From: Tricharina praecox
Lineage: Eukaryota
NCBI RefSeq assembly: GCF_024521635.1
Contig: NW_026250406.1
Span: 1,302,001-1,366,000 of the forward strand
Reading direction: 5' to 3'
Length of the DNA stretch: 64,000 nucleotides
The stretch's first letter is position 1, and each line of letters begins with the position of its first letter. A program made the position numbers and the translations under genes. The notes under the pieces were generated by a model that did not search any database, was not told the origin of the DNA, and worked only from the letters and a program-made list of their open reading frames with translations. Shown in pieces: positions 49,957-63,330 of this stretch.

Positions 49957-50030
49957 CTCGGTCTCGACCGTCCGCCGCGGACCTTATTCTCGCCAATACT
50001 CGGTCTCGAACGTCCGCCACGAAACCTTAT
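49957..50030. repeat. 42-bp tandem duplication
   Basis: ctcggtctcgaccgtccgccgcggacctta / ctcggtctcgaacgtccgccacgaaacctta. Confidence 0.7.
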
Positions 50031-52367
50031 GTATTCGCGCCAGCATCTCTGGGCGTCGAAATTTGACAGTCGCATGCATCTTTTGTTGTTTCGTTGTATT
50101 GCAGGCGCCGAAGAAAAAAAAACTCCCGGTCGCCTTGCCGCCACCCCCTGCTCTCCGTGATCGCCATTGATAGTCGAGAATGTTTGAAAGTAGTGCGTCC
50201 CGTTCGGCCGGGTACATATGTGATGATTTCCTAGCACTAGTCACTCGACTAGGTACTATGCACCTGACGATTCCGGCTAGGAGCGCAAAGTCTAAACTTG
50301 TAGGAAACAGGACGAACTGGGAGGTGGCCCGGTGGAGGACATGGAAAACACCGCGGGTGGCAGGGACGAGGAACTGGATTTCTTAATTGAACTCACAGAA
50401 GGTTGGACGGAGCGAAAACTGGACTGACGAATACCTCAATTCATTGATTATCTCTGTCCTTCTTCCTTCTTTTCTGCCTTTCTTTCTGTCGGGCTGAGTT
50501 GAGCGGGAAGGGAGCAGGGTGGGTGGACCCGCGGGGAGGGCTAAATGGAGAACATTGGGAACCAGTAGCAAGCTCGCGGCCAACGGTCGGTGACCGCCGG
50601 GGGAAAAAGGATACTTATGTCATTTGCCATGATTTACTAAGGTCGCAAGTACTTCCTGATTAAACAAAAGAAAAAACGGAACCGTGGCTTGAACCAAAAA
50701 CCTTCACCACCCCCGGTGGGTGGCTTGGAAACCCCGATAGATGGACCGCGGTCCATGCGAACTTCGCCGGGTGCGTGACCGTTAGGCCACGCGGTGGTTT
50801 TTTCCGTGCTGTAGATTTACTACGCGCGGTTTATGAACCCGTTGAAGCTCTGCCAACACAGCGTCAGGACCCATATCTTCACCTTCGATATCTCGACCCT
50901 TCGAGCTATCAACAACGGAGAACCTGCGTAAAGCCTACACCCGCGATTTCCGCCCGAAGAATGTTGATTCCGATTATAACTAGATTGCGCGTAGAAGTAT
51001 GAGTAACTGGATTATCGACCACGCTGGGTTGTGTGCCATCGTGGTATTCATAGCCTAATATGGTGCCCACAACTATAAAACGTTCAACTGTAGGACCAAT
51101 TAGCTGCTGCTACTTTGTTTTCTGATCGCCGGCTAGTACGGCATGTACATATACGCATAATGGCAGCTGCTACTCCATCTACTTTAAAAGTTCCAGGGCA
51201 TTCTGCTCACTCTCACATCCGCCTCCATCTCAGGCATAGGATCACCACATATCACGCACAATAGCAAGGATTCTGCGTGCCCCACTAGAAAGGGAAGGAA
51301 GATCCAAGACGACGGGTGCATGGAAACTGAGCAACGTCTTTATGTCCGCGTGTTGTATCTGCAGACATAGTTGTACCACCGACATCCTGCAACATGATAC
51401 TACAGTGACTCGTGCGGATACCGTGTGGACTTTATGCGAAGCAGTGTATACCAAATGATACGGACACTGCATGTATTGAAGGCTACTTCTTCGGAGGACA
51501 TTGTACGATAAATTATACTCCATATCTTCTTGGGGATGTCTGCTAACATGCAAGTTACCTTGTATGTTTTCTCGAACAAAGGCTAAATTCAACAGCAACG
51601 GATGATATATCATGATGCATATCCAAGAAGCACATACCGATAATACGATTTTGAGACGGCGATTCGTTCCAAGCGCCATGATATGTGCGCTATAGTGGCT
51701 ACGGCGGGTATTCTCGACTAACAAATAGAGTCTTTCCCGGAGGTTATACGACTTCTGACCGTCATTCCTGCTTCTGTTATTGTGGGGTTTAGTGGTGGAG
51801 TTCTATAGCAAAGCTTCGCTGCAGCAGTTACAGCGGCATGTATCTGCAGATATATGAACTATTAATTAACTAAGCTTGCATTCGTTTAGGGCCTTATTGC
51901 TGCCTTACTGTTCTGTCTTCACCGGACCCCTGTCCCCAGTTGGCAATTCCTACCCCACGTCCTAGTCATCTGGCACAGGTACAGAAAATCGAGGGCCATT
52001 ATGAAGTTGGGGGCCTTCGCCTAAGTTTTACTGGCAATTTAATAGGCATCAATAAAGTTATTGGCGTGGATTCCGACACAGAAACGAGATCGATTGCAAG
52101 GGGCAGCGTCGACGAGTCACGATGGCAAAGAGATGCGATCTCAATTCACCATAGGTGAATCAATCGAGATCAAGAATATGGCAGAGCAATGATATCGATT
52201 GTATAGGCAACAGGCAACCATCACTAGGTATATATTCTGCAAATTCCTCCAGGTAATCCATCACACACCAGTCCCGCATCCCCCACATCCCCCCTCCGAG
52301 TCCCCTCGCCTCCCGTCCCATATCCCATCTCTACCCCATCCATAATCTATACGCCGATCCCATCTGT

Positions 52368-52703
52368 CTAGCACTGGTAGGTCTTCTGGACGGTACCCGA
52401 GTTGCAAATCTTGGAGTACGAGTTGTCGGCCTTGCAGTTGGCGTTGAAGTTGCCGTTCTGGTTGAGCCAGAGCGGCCCGCCGCATCCCTCGAGCGTGAGT
52501 CCCGTGTAACCTCCGGTCGCGAACACGCGTCCGCACGGGCTGGCGGGGACGACCGAGAGGAACTCGGCCGCACAGGCGTCGGTGCCCACGAGCCATGCGA
52601 GGTTGCGACGGCTGCCGTCGGGGCGGTCCTGGTAGCCGATAGCGACCGCTGCGTTGGCGGCAGAGGCGAGGAGGAAGGAGGCGATGAGGGATTGGAAGAG
52701 CAT
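52368..52703 (-). CDS. small secreted cysteine-rich protein, 111 aa, 6 Cys (copy 1)
   Basis: Signal peptide MLFQSLIASFLLASAANA, 6 Cys including the C-terminal residue; a conserved paralog lies at 57833-58168. Confidence 0.9.
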   Translation of the reverse strand: MLFQSLIASFLLASAANAAVAIGYQDRPDGSRRNLAWLVGTDACAAEFLSVVPASPCGRVFATGGYTGLTLEGCGGPLWLNQNGNFNANCKADNSYSKICNSGTVQKTYQC

Positions 52704-54949
52704 AGTTGCGGTGATCTTGAGGGGGTTAGTTTGTGGAGGAGAAGACGGGAGTGGGAGGAGATGTACTAGTGAGTGTGTGAGTAACTGATGTGGATGTTGT
52801 GGAAGAGGCGAAGATGGAAGCTGATGATTGCTGTGATGAAGAACTGACCTTGGGGGAGGATATAGGGACTTTTATATTCGATTCTGGATGCCCACGATGG
52901 AATGGAAACCCGAGGGCTGTGGGCTCACCGCACACCACCAGGCAGCAGCGATCGTTCAGTAAGCCGAGAGTCAAGACCCAGCAGGCATCCATCACGATCA
53001 AGCACCGAGGTTTGTTTGCCAACATTAACTCCAGTAATCATCTACTGTAGGGAATCCTGCGCCGTAGGGCCTCCTACAAAGTTGGGAAAGTCTATAGTTC
53101 TCTATGGTCATTGGTTACTAGCATACTAATTCTTGATATACTAGCTCCAGGCTTTAACGCTAAACGGATAGCGATGCGGAGCTATCTATCCACCATCCAG
53201 TAGACATTCGAAGACAGGAAACTCTCAGTTCCAAAGGAACAACAGTTTATCAGTCTAATACGGCCGAACCAGATCGCGTTTTATTAAGAACTCCACCAAC
53301 GTACAATATCGACCAAGAACAAGAGACCTGCGTGGAACCAGCTTCTGAACAAACCAGTTCGCAAGTTGAACCTGGTTTAACTGGCAAACAGATATTCTGT
53401 CCCTCTTACTACTAGTTACTCTGTCCCCTCAGAGAAGACGACCGTAGAATTGATATACAGCGTTTTAATTATTGGGTTTCCGTGCACTCGCCCACTCGAT
53501 CATGTAGATCAATCATGATCATTGAAGAAGTATCGGATAAGCCGGATAGTGACCTAACCTAGCTATAGAAATCGGCATTGAGTTGTTGCCTCGACGATTC
53601 AGTTATCTCGGTAGATGGTTACCAAGAGTTGAGGGTTGAGGGTAAACCTTCCTTCGCGAGGGAGAGAGAGAACATCAATCTATTGTCGCATGCAGCCTTA
53701 CCAAACCTTCCTTCGCAAGAGCCGCAATCCCGCTTAGGCAGGAACCTGTCAAGTGACACTTCATGAGCGTGTACGACGCGGAAGAAAGCCGGCACCTGCA
53801 TTTCCCCTCGCAAACGCGGAGAAAACAGCTCATATAATGTATTCCGACCAGCGATCATGATTACTCGTTGGTGTATATTTCCCATAGCGCGTTTCCACCA
53901 GCACTGGCAATGTGCGGAACCTAGCGGAAGTCCCTGCATGGATCCGCTCCCATACCTATTTAGTGATGGTTTAGCGGAAGCTCGGTACATGGATAAATTC
54001 AACAGGCAGCAATCCAACAGGCAGCAATGTAGGTAGGTCATCCACGCATTCCATTAGTCAAGAAAACAGACTGAAAAACTAATCATCGAGCGGTGACGAC
54101 CAATCCGCAGTAGGAGTGCCCCAGGTTGCGAGCCTGCGAGCGACTGGGGGTGGTAGTTACTAGCCACCTTGGCACGAGTAGTTATGCGTGACCGTGACAT
54201 CCCCGGACTGAGGCCCGCTCTGCACCATTACTATGAGTTGCATGAGCGAATCGGTCATCCGGCTCTGCTCGAACTCGGCAAAATGTTGCCGTCAGCATGT
54301 GTAACCGCCACTGTGATCAAATAAGGTCGAATGCCGATGATGATTAAACAGAAAAGAAACGAAAAATGGTTGCCATCAGTCCGTTGCGTTAGGTACATAC
54401 CGTATCCCCTACATGTCCGGGGCGTGTGTAAATATGCTGCACTGCAAAGTATGCCTGATTGGGAGGCGGCAGTGCATCTACAAAACCACACGGCTCACTT
54501 TCTCGATTAGTCTGGCCGCAGCTGTGCTGATAGTAGTCACGGTTGCTACCAGTCACGGGTGCAGACGGGCCACCGGCAGATACTACCACACCGGCGGCGG
54601 ATTCAACTACCTACTACACTTTCAAATGTTTAGAAAAGCTTCAGGAGAAGGGATGTGGGAATATACGCTGCTAGATACATAATGTTGGAGAGCCTGTTTG
54701 TACTAATTTACACATGTTGCTTTGCGGAAGAGCCCACTCGCCGAATGATTTAGATATCACTCGTTGCCAACCTTTCTGCGCCACATACTACCGCCGGACA
54801 TGTAGGGAATAAACCCGGATATCTAATATGGTTGGGACATCTACTTAGTGCCGGCGTAAGGGGGCATTCGGATCTGGGGAATTACAATACAAACGCGGTA
54901 ATATATTAGCATTTATCAAATTAAATCAATCTATTTTTCCACGCGTTCG

Positions 54950-55360
54950 CAGCCAGCTCTAGAGCTACATGGCCCCGCCGAGAACGAAAATCACAATATC
55001 TCGGCCCGTTTTTGCCCGTTTTCTTCGATAAAAACACTCCTGCGGACCGCACAGGTGCGCTCATTCTATCGGTTCCATTATTCTGCCGGTCTGTCGCCGT
55101 TGACTGGGCGTCCGCAGCCCACTCCAGAGCTCCGTGGCTCCGCCAGGGCCGAAAATTACAATTTCACAGCCATTTCCTGCCCGTTTCCTTCGATCAAACA
55201 CTCCTCTGGATCGCATGGGCGCGCTCATTTCAGCAGTACCATCGTCCCATCGGCCCGACGCCGGTGACCGGCCGTCCGTAGCCCACTCCACAGCTCCGGC
55301 GCTCCACAGCCCCACCGGGACCGAAAATCGCAATTTCTCGGCTAGTTCTTGCCCGTCTTC
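54950..55360. repeat. ~165-172-bp degenerate tandem repeat, ~2.4 units
   Basis: gaaaat.(a/g)caat..c...g.....tgcccgt recurs at ~54986, ~55151 and ~55323; aaacactcct..gga.cgca..gg.gcgctcatt and gcccactcca.agctccg occur twice. Confidence 0.85.
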
Positions 55361-57832
55361 CAAGGCACAGATATACAAAGCTCATCGACAGGTTAACAAT
55401 AAGCCGAGATTGTAGTAAATTTGTGGGTAATTATTATCTATTTATGTACATAACATTCTTTATTAGGACAATTAGCCACCATGTCGTGGTGCCAAGTCTG
55501 CCCAATCGGGCATTGTGGCTGTCCAGTTGCTGGACATTCCCAGGGCCTCCCCATACTAAATCGTTTTTCGTTTATTTATTTTGGATTTTTATTGCCATTC
55601 AACCACACCATTTAAAAGAAAAAACGCGCTGTATAAATTATCTTCTGCCTCTTCTCTATCACTGTACAGAGCCTTTTTTCCAAATCAGGTTGTTGTCAAC
55701 TAACCGACGTCAAAAGTGGGTGTGGTTTCACCCCGGGACAAAGCGCTTAGTCAGTAACAGATTTACTAGCGTAAATCCCTCATGAAGAATCCCCCCGGCC
55801 TCAAACCTCGCCTCTCCAACATAATTCCACACCATCATCATCATCTTCAGTCTTGCTAATACTAGGGAACAGCTCTGCAACCATCTACTACCTACGCACT
55901 CCTTCTAGTCTGTTCTTTTAGCTAAACGTATTGGTTCAACAGGAGGTTTTCCCCTCGCGCGCGCGCCGAGCCCGTCGAAAGTACGCCCGTTGAGCCTGCC
56001 GAGAGAGCGTCCACCGAGCCTGTCGAGAGCGTGTCCGCTGGAGTACGGAGAGCACATCATTAGGTCCCGCTGTGAGCGCGTTCGCCGAGAGCGCGTCTAC
56101 CGAGAGCGCGTCGGCCGAGCCTACCGAGAATATGCCTGCCGAGTCTGCTGCGAGCGCACTCGTTGAGGAAGAGTGGACAGCGGCTGTGAGAGGTTGGAAT
56201 ATTAGTAAAACCAGACAGTTAGTTAAATGGCGATGGCCTAACAGGGAATTCAAGGGCCCAGTGACTGCGGCGACTGTATGTGAGCCGTCGGCAGTGAGTG
56301 AGCTCGACAAAGAAAAAGGTTCATCTTCATCGCTGCTGTCAATCTCGGTGAGGTTTTCTATAAAGCTGTACATCAACCGCTGTTCAGTTCAGGAGCGGAC
56401 AGCCCACTGCTATTCTCACGCACTCAGCCTTCCAAATCGACATCAGGTGACGTTGTGTTGAATTCCATTTCACAGGGAGGACTATTATCCGGGTTTACAC
56501 GGTATTCGAATGCACGTTGCAGAGTTGAGTATCCCCTTGGGTGGCAAGCCAGGGTGGGGTACTACGTACAGTGCATTAGAGTGTATGATATGCATTAGCG
56601 CGAACAATTCAGGTCAGTTGTAGTATAGCGTATTTGGCAGCGAACCTCATCTCATGAGCTGTTTGGTTCCTAAACATACCAATCATCTGTTGGGCAGGAG
56701 CGCTTACTGCTGCGAAACCGGGTGTGAGGGAATGTTGATGCTTTTGATATCACTCGGTGTAACCATCTTCAAGCTAAGGCTCTAATGCATATCACACACG
56801 CTAATGCACTGTACGTAGTACCCACCCTGGACTTGCCACACAAGGGGATAGTAGCACCGCAAATGAAATCTGGACCTGCGTCCACTTTTTATCCCGGTAA
56901 AGTAGAGAAGGCTTACTCCATATGTAGGCTTCGGCGATCGGATCGGCCTACATAGGGTCTTCTTTAGGTCCGAAATCACCTACCGCATCCTACACGATTC
57001 GATCAGAAGACGGAGGGAAATTTTAGTGTACATAGAAGATGAACTGCAGGAACAACGGGCCGGAGAAGTGAAATTCCGTACATGTAGAGATGCGGCGGCT
57101 CCCCGCAACTCGTAGCGGGAACTCGTCAAGTCCTTAACGCCGATCTCTACATACCTACGTTCGCGCTTGTATGGGGTGCCCACTCTTGCCGACTCGTTGG
57201 ATCCGGAAAGATAATCAACGGTACATATGAAAGGACGATGTGGTCGCACCACCATGTCTCGTCTCTGGACTACCCTCGCCGCTCCACCCTGCGAGGTGGC
57301 ACTGAAGATGCCTGCTCTGACATGTGGTATCCGCTAGCCGGGAGAGTTGGGCATCGAATAGTTATCGCCAGCCTTGATATCAACACGTTTCGTTTTCCAT
57401 CTTGTGTTCATGGCATATCACTAGCCATAACGGCCGCATCATTCCCGATTCGGTAGGAGGCTTCACGGCGCATACGACCTCACTATAGATGATTACTGGA
57501 GTTGAGACGACCATCCACTCTCGACAGATCCTCGTGGGTGAAAGCTGCTCAGCTGGGTCTTGACGTACTCAACAATCTCTATTAGCTGCTTGGAGCTGTG
57601 CAGTTGTCCCACAGCGCTCGGATTTTCCATGCCATCATGGCCATCCGGAATCGTATATAAGGATGCCTAAATTCCCCCCTAAGGTCAGTTCTTCACCACA
57701 GCAATCATCAGCTTCCATCCTCACCTCTTCTACAACATCCACTCATCGGTTACTCACACACTCACCAGTAAATCACCTCCCACTCCCGTCTTTTCCTCTA
57801 AAAAACCAACCCCCTCCAGACCCACCTTCACC

Positions 57833-58168
57833 ATGCTCTTCCAATCCCTCATCGCCTCCTTCCTCCTGGCCTCCGCCGCCAACGCGGCGGTCGCCATCGG
57901 CTACCAGGACCGCAGCGACGGCAGCAGGCGCAACCTCGCATGGCTCGTGGGCACCGACGCCTGTGCAGCCGAGTACCTCTCCACCGTCCCCGCCAGCCCT
58001 TGCGGACAGGTGTTCGAGACCGGAGGTTACCAGGGACTCACGCTCGAGGGATGCGGAGGATCGCTCTACCTCGCTCAGAACGATAACTTCAACGCCAACT
58101 GCAATGCCGATACTTCCTACTCCAAGTCTTGCAACTCGGGAGTCGTCCACAAGACCTACCAGTGCTAG
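57833..58168 (+). CDS. small secreted cysteine-rich protein, 111 aa, 6 Cys (copy 2)
   Basis: 96/111 aa identical to 52368-52703 by manual comparison; TATATAA at ~57654 and a CT-rich leader. Confidence 0.9.
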   Translation: MLFQSLIASFLLASAANAAVAIGYQDRSDGSRRNLAWLVGTDACAAEYLSTVPASPCGQVFETGGYQGLTLEGCGGSLYLAQNDNFNANCNADTSYSKSCNSGVVHKTYQC

Positions 58169-60575
58169 AGGGGTTGGATTGGGTAGATTAGAGACGGGGT
58201 AGTGAGGGAATATGGGACGGGAGGCGGGGGGATGAGGGAGGTCTAGGAGAGTGCGGGAAAGGCGTGTGTGCCATGGACGAACTGGAGAAAACTGCAGGTT
58301 GGATAGGATAGTTTTATTTTACAATCGATCTCGCTTCTATGCTCCATTTTTGTGGTCGTGATTGGTGCATCCGCGGTCAAAAATCGATTGCGCATCTACA
58401 AACTTTGCTGTCTTCGGCGAGGGGGTATTGACCACTGTGAAACAGAGCTCTCCGTGAGACACAAAGACTTGAGGACTTGCCACGGTCCACTGTTAATGCT
58501 CCGCTTCTTACATACGTTGAACAGAAATTGCATGACATGGAAAACTGGAAACACTTCTTCCTGCGAAATGCGTAGATAGCAGTGTGGGCTCCCGGCTCCT
58601 CCCGTGGCCTCTTCACCGCTCCATTGATTTCGGCGTACTCGGACTTCTACCTTGGACTTTCTGAGCAAGATGTAGGATCTAGTCGGTATCCTCAATGATT
58701 ACACCCTCTCGGGAAAGCCGGAAAAAGAGCAGCTCTGATAATTCGAGCCAGCTACGTCCTCCACGCATACAACGATGTGGTTCGTGGCAGTCCCGAATCG
58801 GCCAGCCCGTATCTTCCGTACACCTACCAATGCCCATCGCCAACATATCCGACGACTTCCGGGCCGGCCGTTCCAGGAGCCACGCAACTTGTTTGAGAAG
58901 AGAGGTTGAGACTTGAGTAACCGATCGGCGTTAAGCGACGCCGTAGGCAAATCTTGTGTAGCGATCACGACAGACGCGCCGGCCCGCACCGCTATGGCTT
59001 GCATGAGCTGACCATGTTCCGAGTCTCCGACCGGTACCCGTTTATCCAAAGTGTAGGCAATGCGAAATTAGCGCGTTACTTGTTCATCGGTGAGATACCG
59101 TAGAGTATGCTTATTCTTTAGTCGCGGGGGATCGGAGTAAGCCAAGTCGCTTCGCTATATCCGAACAAGGCTATTATACCATCGGCTTTACTCGTATGTA
59201 ATATCGAGAGATGGAGGACGTAGGAGCTCCATCGGATCAAGCTTTAGGGCCCACGAGGGACATAGATTCGTACCAGAGCTTCCAAGTTCCTCCCCTGCAT
59301 CATCGAACGACAGAGATATAGGAAACCGGCAGTTGACGATAACTTGCTTTTCGAGGTGTGTGTTAGTTTGTAGCTCGTCCGCGCCACCGTCACCATCCCG
59401 CTCGCTTGGATTCAGGTGCGTCTGTTCGAATCTCCTTCCTGGCAGCATACGCATACGTGTAAATGGCCTGGACGACCGGTCCCTTCAACTGGTCGAAGCC
59501 GATTCAAAAGCATGGCTTCCGGGATATGATAACAATCCCCCATGTCCTTTCCGGTGTGTCGCCCTCTCCGGCCCCTTCACGGCCGGTTCCTACGGGACCA
59601 TTGCTCCAACCAATCCCCCAGCAGATCGTATCGCACCGTAGCCTCCGTGGTTTCACGGTACGATCATTGCCGACCATGCAGTTGGCTAGGGTTCCACCTC
59701 AATGGCGGATGCATTCAGTTATCCATGTATTAGTAGATTTTGCTGGCTTCAACGACATCGTGAGTGGGCGGGCGCCGGGCGGACTGCGGAGCAAGGTATT
59801 TACATACAGGTACCAACAGTGCATCTGCTCCTCCTATTACCATACTCGTATTCGCATGCCTGACTGGGCCTCTGCTAATGAGATCTTACATATGTCTCGG
59901 AGTTTTGTACACAGTGTGATATAAAGATTGATAAGACATCGGTAGCCCGGCACCGTGCTAGCCGGAAGTGTACGGAAGAAGTGCGTCTACATGTAATCCA
60001 TCAAAGTTGAAGATCATGATTACATACACACCCCCAGTATACGGTCTGACCCACGCCCCACGGGGCCCAAGAGTTGGCTCGGTGCCGAAACCCCAGGCCC
60101 GGCCATTGCAGCGCACATCGTTTCCAGATTGGAAATAGTGCTAAATACTAGAGCAACGAGTGATATCGACGGCATTCATTCAGGTGAGAAATAATTCGCA
60201 ACGTCTATGCACGAGACATAGCCCAAGCAGCGATTACAGATGTATTTCCTCGAAATCCAGCGAAGCTTCCCCGACCCAGAAACAGCTCGCACCAACATAG
60301 GATATCACTGCGCATCCCTGTACATACCGTAGTGTGACTCACCCGGAATTCCCCCTCTTTTATGCCAGTCTCCACGATGGCGGATCACAGACGGATCAAC
60401 TCCGAGGACAGAAGCACCTCAACAGCGCAAGCGAAATGTGAAATGGGTATATTCAAATGATCTTCCAGCTCATCATTACCTAGGTATGTAGGTACTTTGG
60501 TATTTATTTCTAGTGACATCTCCTATGTGCAAATATACCAAAGCTTCCACCAGCACCGTGGCGGTAAGACCATCC

Positions 60576-60893
60576 CTACCGCCCACTGTCGCATAGTTCT
60601 TTCCTCGTGCCCTCGCATACAGCCAGAGCAACGATGAACGAAGATAATACGTTCGCATCAACTGGAGGCAGTGAAATACCAGCGACACAGTGGGCCTCGA
60701 CATGCGCACGCACAGCGGCCAGGGCCCGAGCAACAAAAATAAGGTCAACATTTGAACCGATACATGATCGGATTTCAGCTGTTAAACTGAAAAGAACAGA
60801 TACTACACTTGATCTAAGCCAGATGGCTGTTGGACACGGGTTTGTTAGCGAAGCTTCAGAGTGAAAGGAAATTTTGGGGGCGGGGGTCGACAT
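60576..60893 (-). CDS. hypothetical protein or gene remnant, 105 aa
   Basis: The ATG is preceded by a CT-rich leader and TATAAAA (~60948-60954 on the minus strand); no recognisable domain. Confidence 0.35.
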   Translation of the reverse strand: MSTPAPKISFHSEASLTNPCPTAIWLRSSVVSVLFSLTAEIRSCIGSNVDLIFVARALAAVRAHVEAHCVAGISLPPVDANVLSSFIVALAVCEGTRKELCDSGR

Positions 60894-62030
60894 ACCAAAG
60901 GAGCTAAGGAAGAAAAAAAGGGAGAAGGAAGTGGGAGAGGAGTGCTTCTTTTATACATAAGTTGGAGGGTGGGACGCTTGCGCGAAATTTTGGCCGATGG
61001 GGGTATGTTCGGGTATGCACCGAGTGACTCTTACATTGTTGAGACTCAAGTGAATCTTACGGTATCTACATCATTGAGTGACTCATGTGTCCTTGGCGAC
61101 GGAGGGGCCCCGCATACAAATAAACAAGTTTAATATCGATCTTGTGCAACGTCACGGCCTAGGCACTCGCAGAGTGGCACGAAGATGTGTAGAGTACACA
61201 TGATATAGGAGCAGAGCTCGACAGAACACCAACTCGAAGTTTAGGGATACCCTTTTGCCGATTTTGTTCTAGGTGCGGTGATATGATTCCCGTGTATCTA
61301 CTCTACCCTACCCTCTCTATTCTCATGCCGAAGAGATTTCGTCGCGTGGTTCTCTCACCCGTAACCCGTTTCTGCGACTGCTTATACGTGAGTATATTGT
61401 AACCAGAAACCGGCATGTTATGTACTGCAGAAGGCTGTGCAAAAAGAATGTCACAACTGGCAGCTTTCATACGCGACTTCCAGTATCGAGAGAGGAATCC
61501 CGAGATTATTTATCATGTGTAAATCGAGTAACGTACGGCTCAAAACCATGCCCGTCGGACGGACCTTCACATCGGCCTGGGCCGACGGAAATGTGATCGC
61601 GAAGGATCGGCGGCTTTGGATCGGCTTGAAGATAGCTTGGCTTTTATTAGTCAGCTTTACTCTATTATGTTACACCTCGACACTGTTGCACGCTATGAAG
61701 GGAGAGCTATCTGAGGAAGGATGACCATCACGTGACCGTCACGTGGAAAGACAGTGATAGATTGGGCGGTAGATGCCGACCATACGATAACTATCTGGTA
61801 TCATACATAGTTGGGGTGTGTCGCGACGAGCTCGAAAGGATACAAAGTCATTGGGGATGCAATTATTCGCAATAAAATTTTCAACAAAGAAAGAAAAAAA
61901 TAGCTCCCTGAGCCTCAGCCATCCCCCTCGTCCGTGCTCTCCAGTCCCAGTCCTCCTGGTCCTCTCCTCCTCCGTCCTCCTTCTCGTTCTCCTCCTCCTC
62001 CCAGTCCCAGTCCTGCTGGTCCTCTCCGCC

Positions 62031-62309
62031 TCACTGCTCGTCAATTTCCATCTCGTCGTCCTCCACATCCTCCCAGTCCTCCTCGTCGTCGTCCTCCTCG
62101 ATTTCAATCAGCTCGTTCTCGTCGCCTCCCTTGTCGTTGGTGTTGCCCTCCTCCTCGTCGGCAGCGTCGGTAGCGTCTGCGTCGGCTTCGTTCTGAACCG
62201 CGGAAGTTGCGGCGAGATATTTAGCCACCAAGGCCAAAATCTTGAGATACTCGGCGTATGCCTCATCGGTTTGGTGGTTGGGGGTGGGGATAATAGTATT
62301 GTCGCCCAT
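62031..62309 (-). pseudogene. acidic protein paralog 1, apparently truncated by a premature TGA
   Basis: MGDNTII...EEDWEDVEDDEMEIDEQ then TGA where paralog 2 has GGA; homologous GGEDQQDWDW...EDQEDWDW codons continue in frame after the stop. Confidence 0.55.
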
Positions 62310-63330
62310 TATTTCATTCGTTTGGTTGTTTTGTGTTGGTGGGTTTGACTGGGCTTTAATTGGAAGTTGTCGGGCGATAAGTTGATCGTGTGCTTGATGG
62401 TGTGGGAGGAAGAAGAGGGAGGAAGAAGGGAGGGAGAGAAAAGAGAAAGCCCACGAGGTTCTTGGAACTGAATCGCCGTTGAGAGTCGCTAATGAGGCTT
62501 GTCGCTGCCGTCGCGGCATCCTAGGACACTCGTGCATCGAGTGATGATCTATGCGTCACTGCCACCCGAGAACCACCGAGCAGCGGGTAGTTGCCCTAGC
62601 TTGCATTCCGTAAATAGACTCCAGTATGTACGGAGAAATCAAACGTTCCGTTTCTACGAGAACGCAGGTTGCGTATCGCCGCCTCTAACCGCAGTCGGCG
62701 AGTCCAGTCTCAGTAAAGTCTCGCCACCGCTTCCCCACACAGCATCATCGGGTTTTGTCATTCTCAAAGAGCCTGTTCAGCGGGCGAGATAGCCACAGTG
62801 GAGGGGGAATGAACTCCAGGGGAGATCTCGGCGCTTTGCGCATGTACCACGTCGAATCATGACAACTAGCAATTTCCCAACCCCGCATTGGATCTAAATA
62901 CGTTCCGCTGCTATTCGTCGGGCCTCAGCCTTAACAGATAAGCAAGCCCAGAGACGACGATTCCTTTCTGCTTCAGGGTTTTGGTGGTGGAATTTCTTTA
63001 TCAAATACATTATTGTGGATACCTCTGCCGGCCATAACCTTGGGGTTCCATTCTGTATGAACTATCAAGCAATCAGTCATAGGTAGTACACCTTGACACT
63101 GTTCCACGCTATGAAAGTAGATCTAACTCAGGAAGGATGACTGGCACGCGACTTTAACGTGGAACACCAGTGATAGGTTGGGCAGCAGATGCCGACTCTG
63201 CGAAAGCTACATTATCAGGTACATCGCTGGGGTGCGTTGCGACGAGCTTGAAAGGATATAAAGTCATTGGGATGCGATTATTTGCGATAAAAATTTTAAA
63301 AAAGAAAGAAAAAAAACAGCTCCTTAAGCT

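Noticed and set aside
51242..51724. 160-aa minus-strand ORF
   Set aside because: Non-ATG start, atypical composition and no motif.
54950..55360. Regularly spaced repeats as a CRISPR-like array
   Set aside because: Whole units are similar to each other with no unique spacers, there are no cas genes, and the context is eukaryotic.
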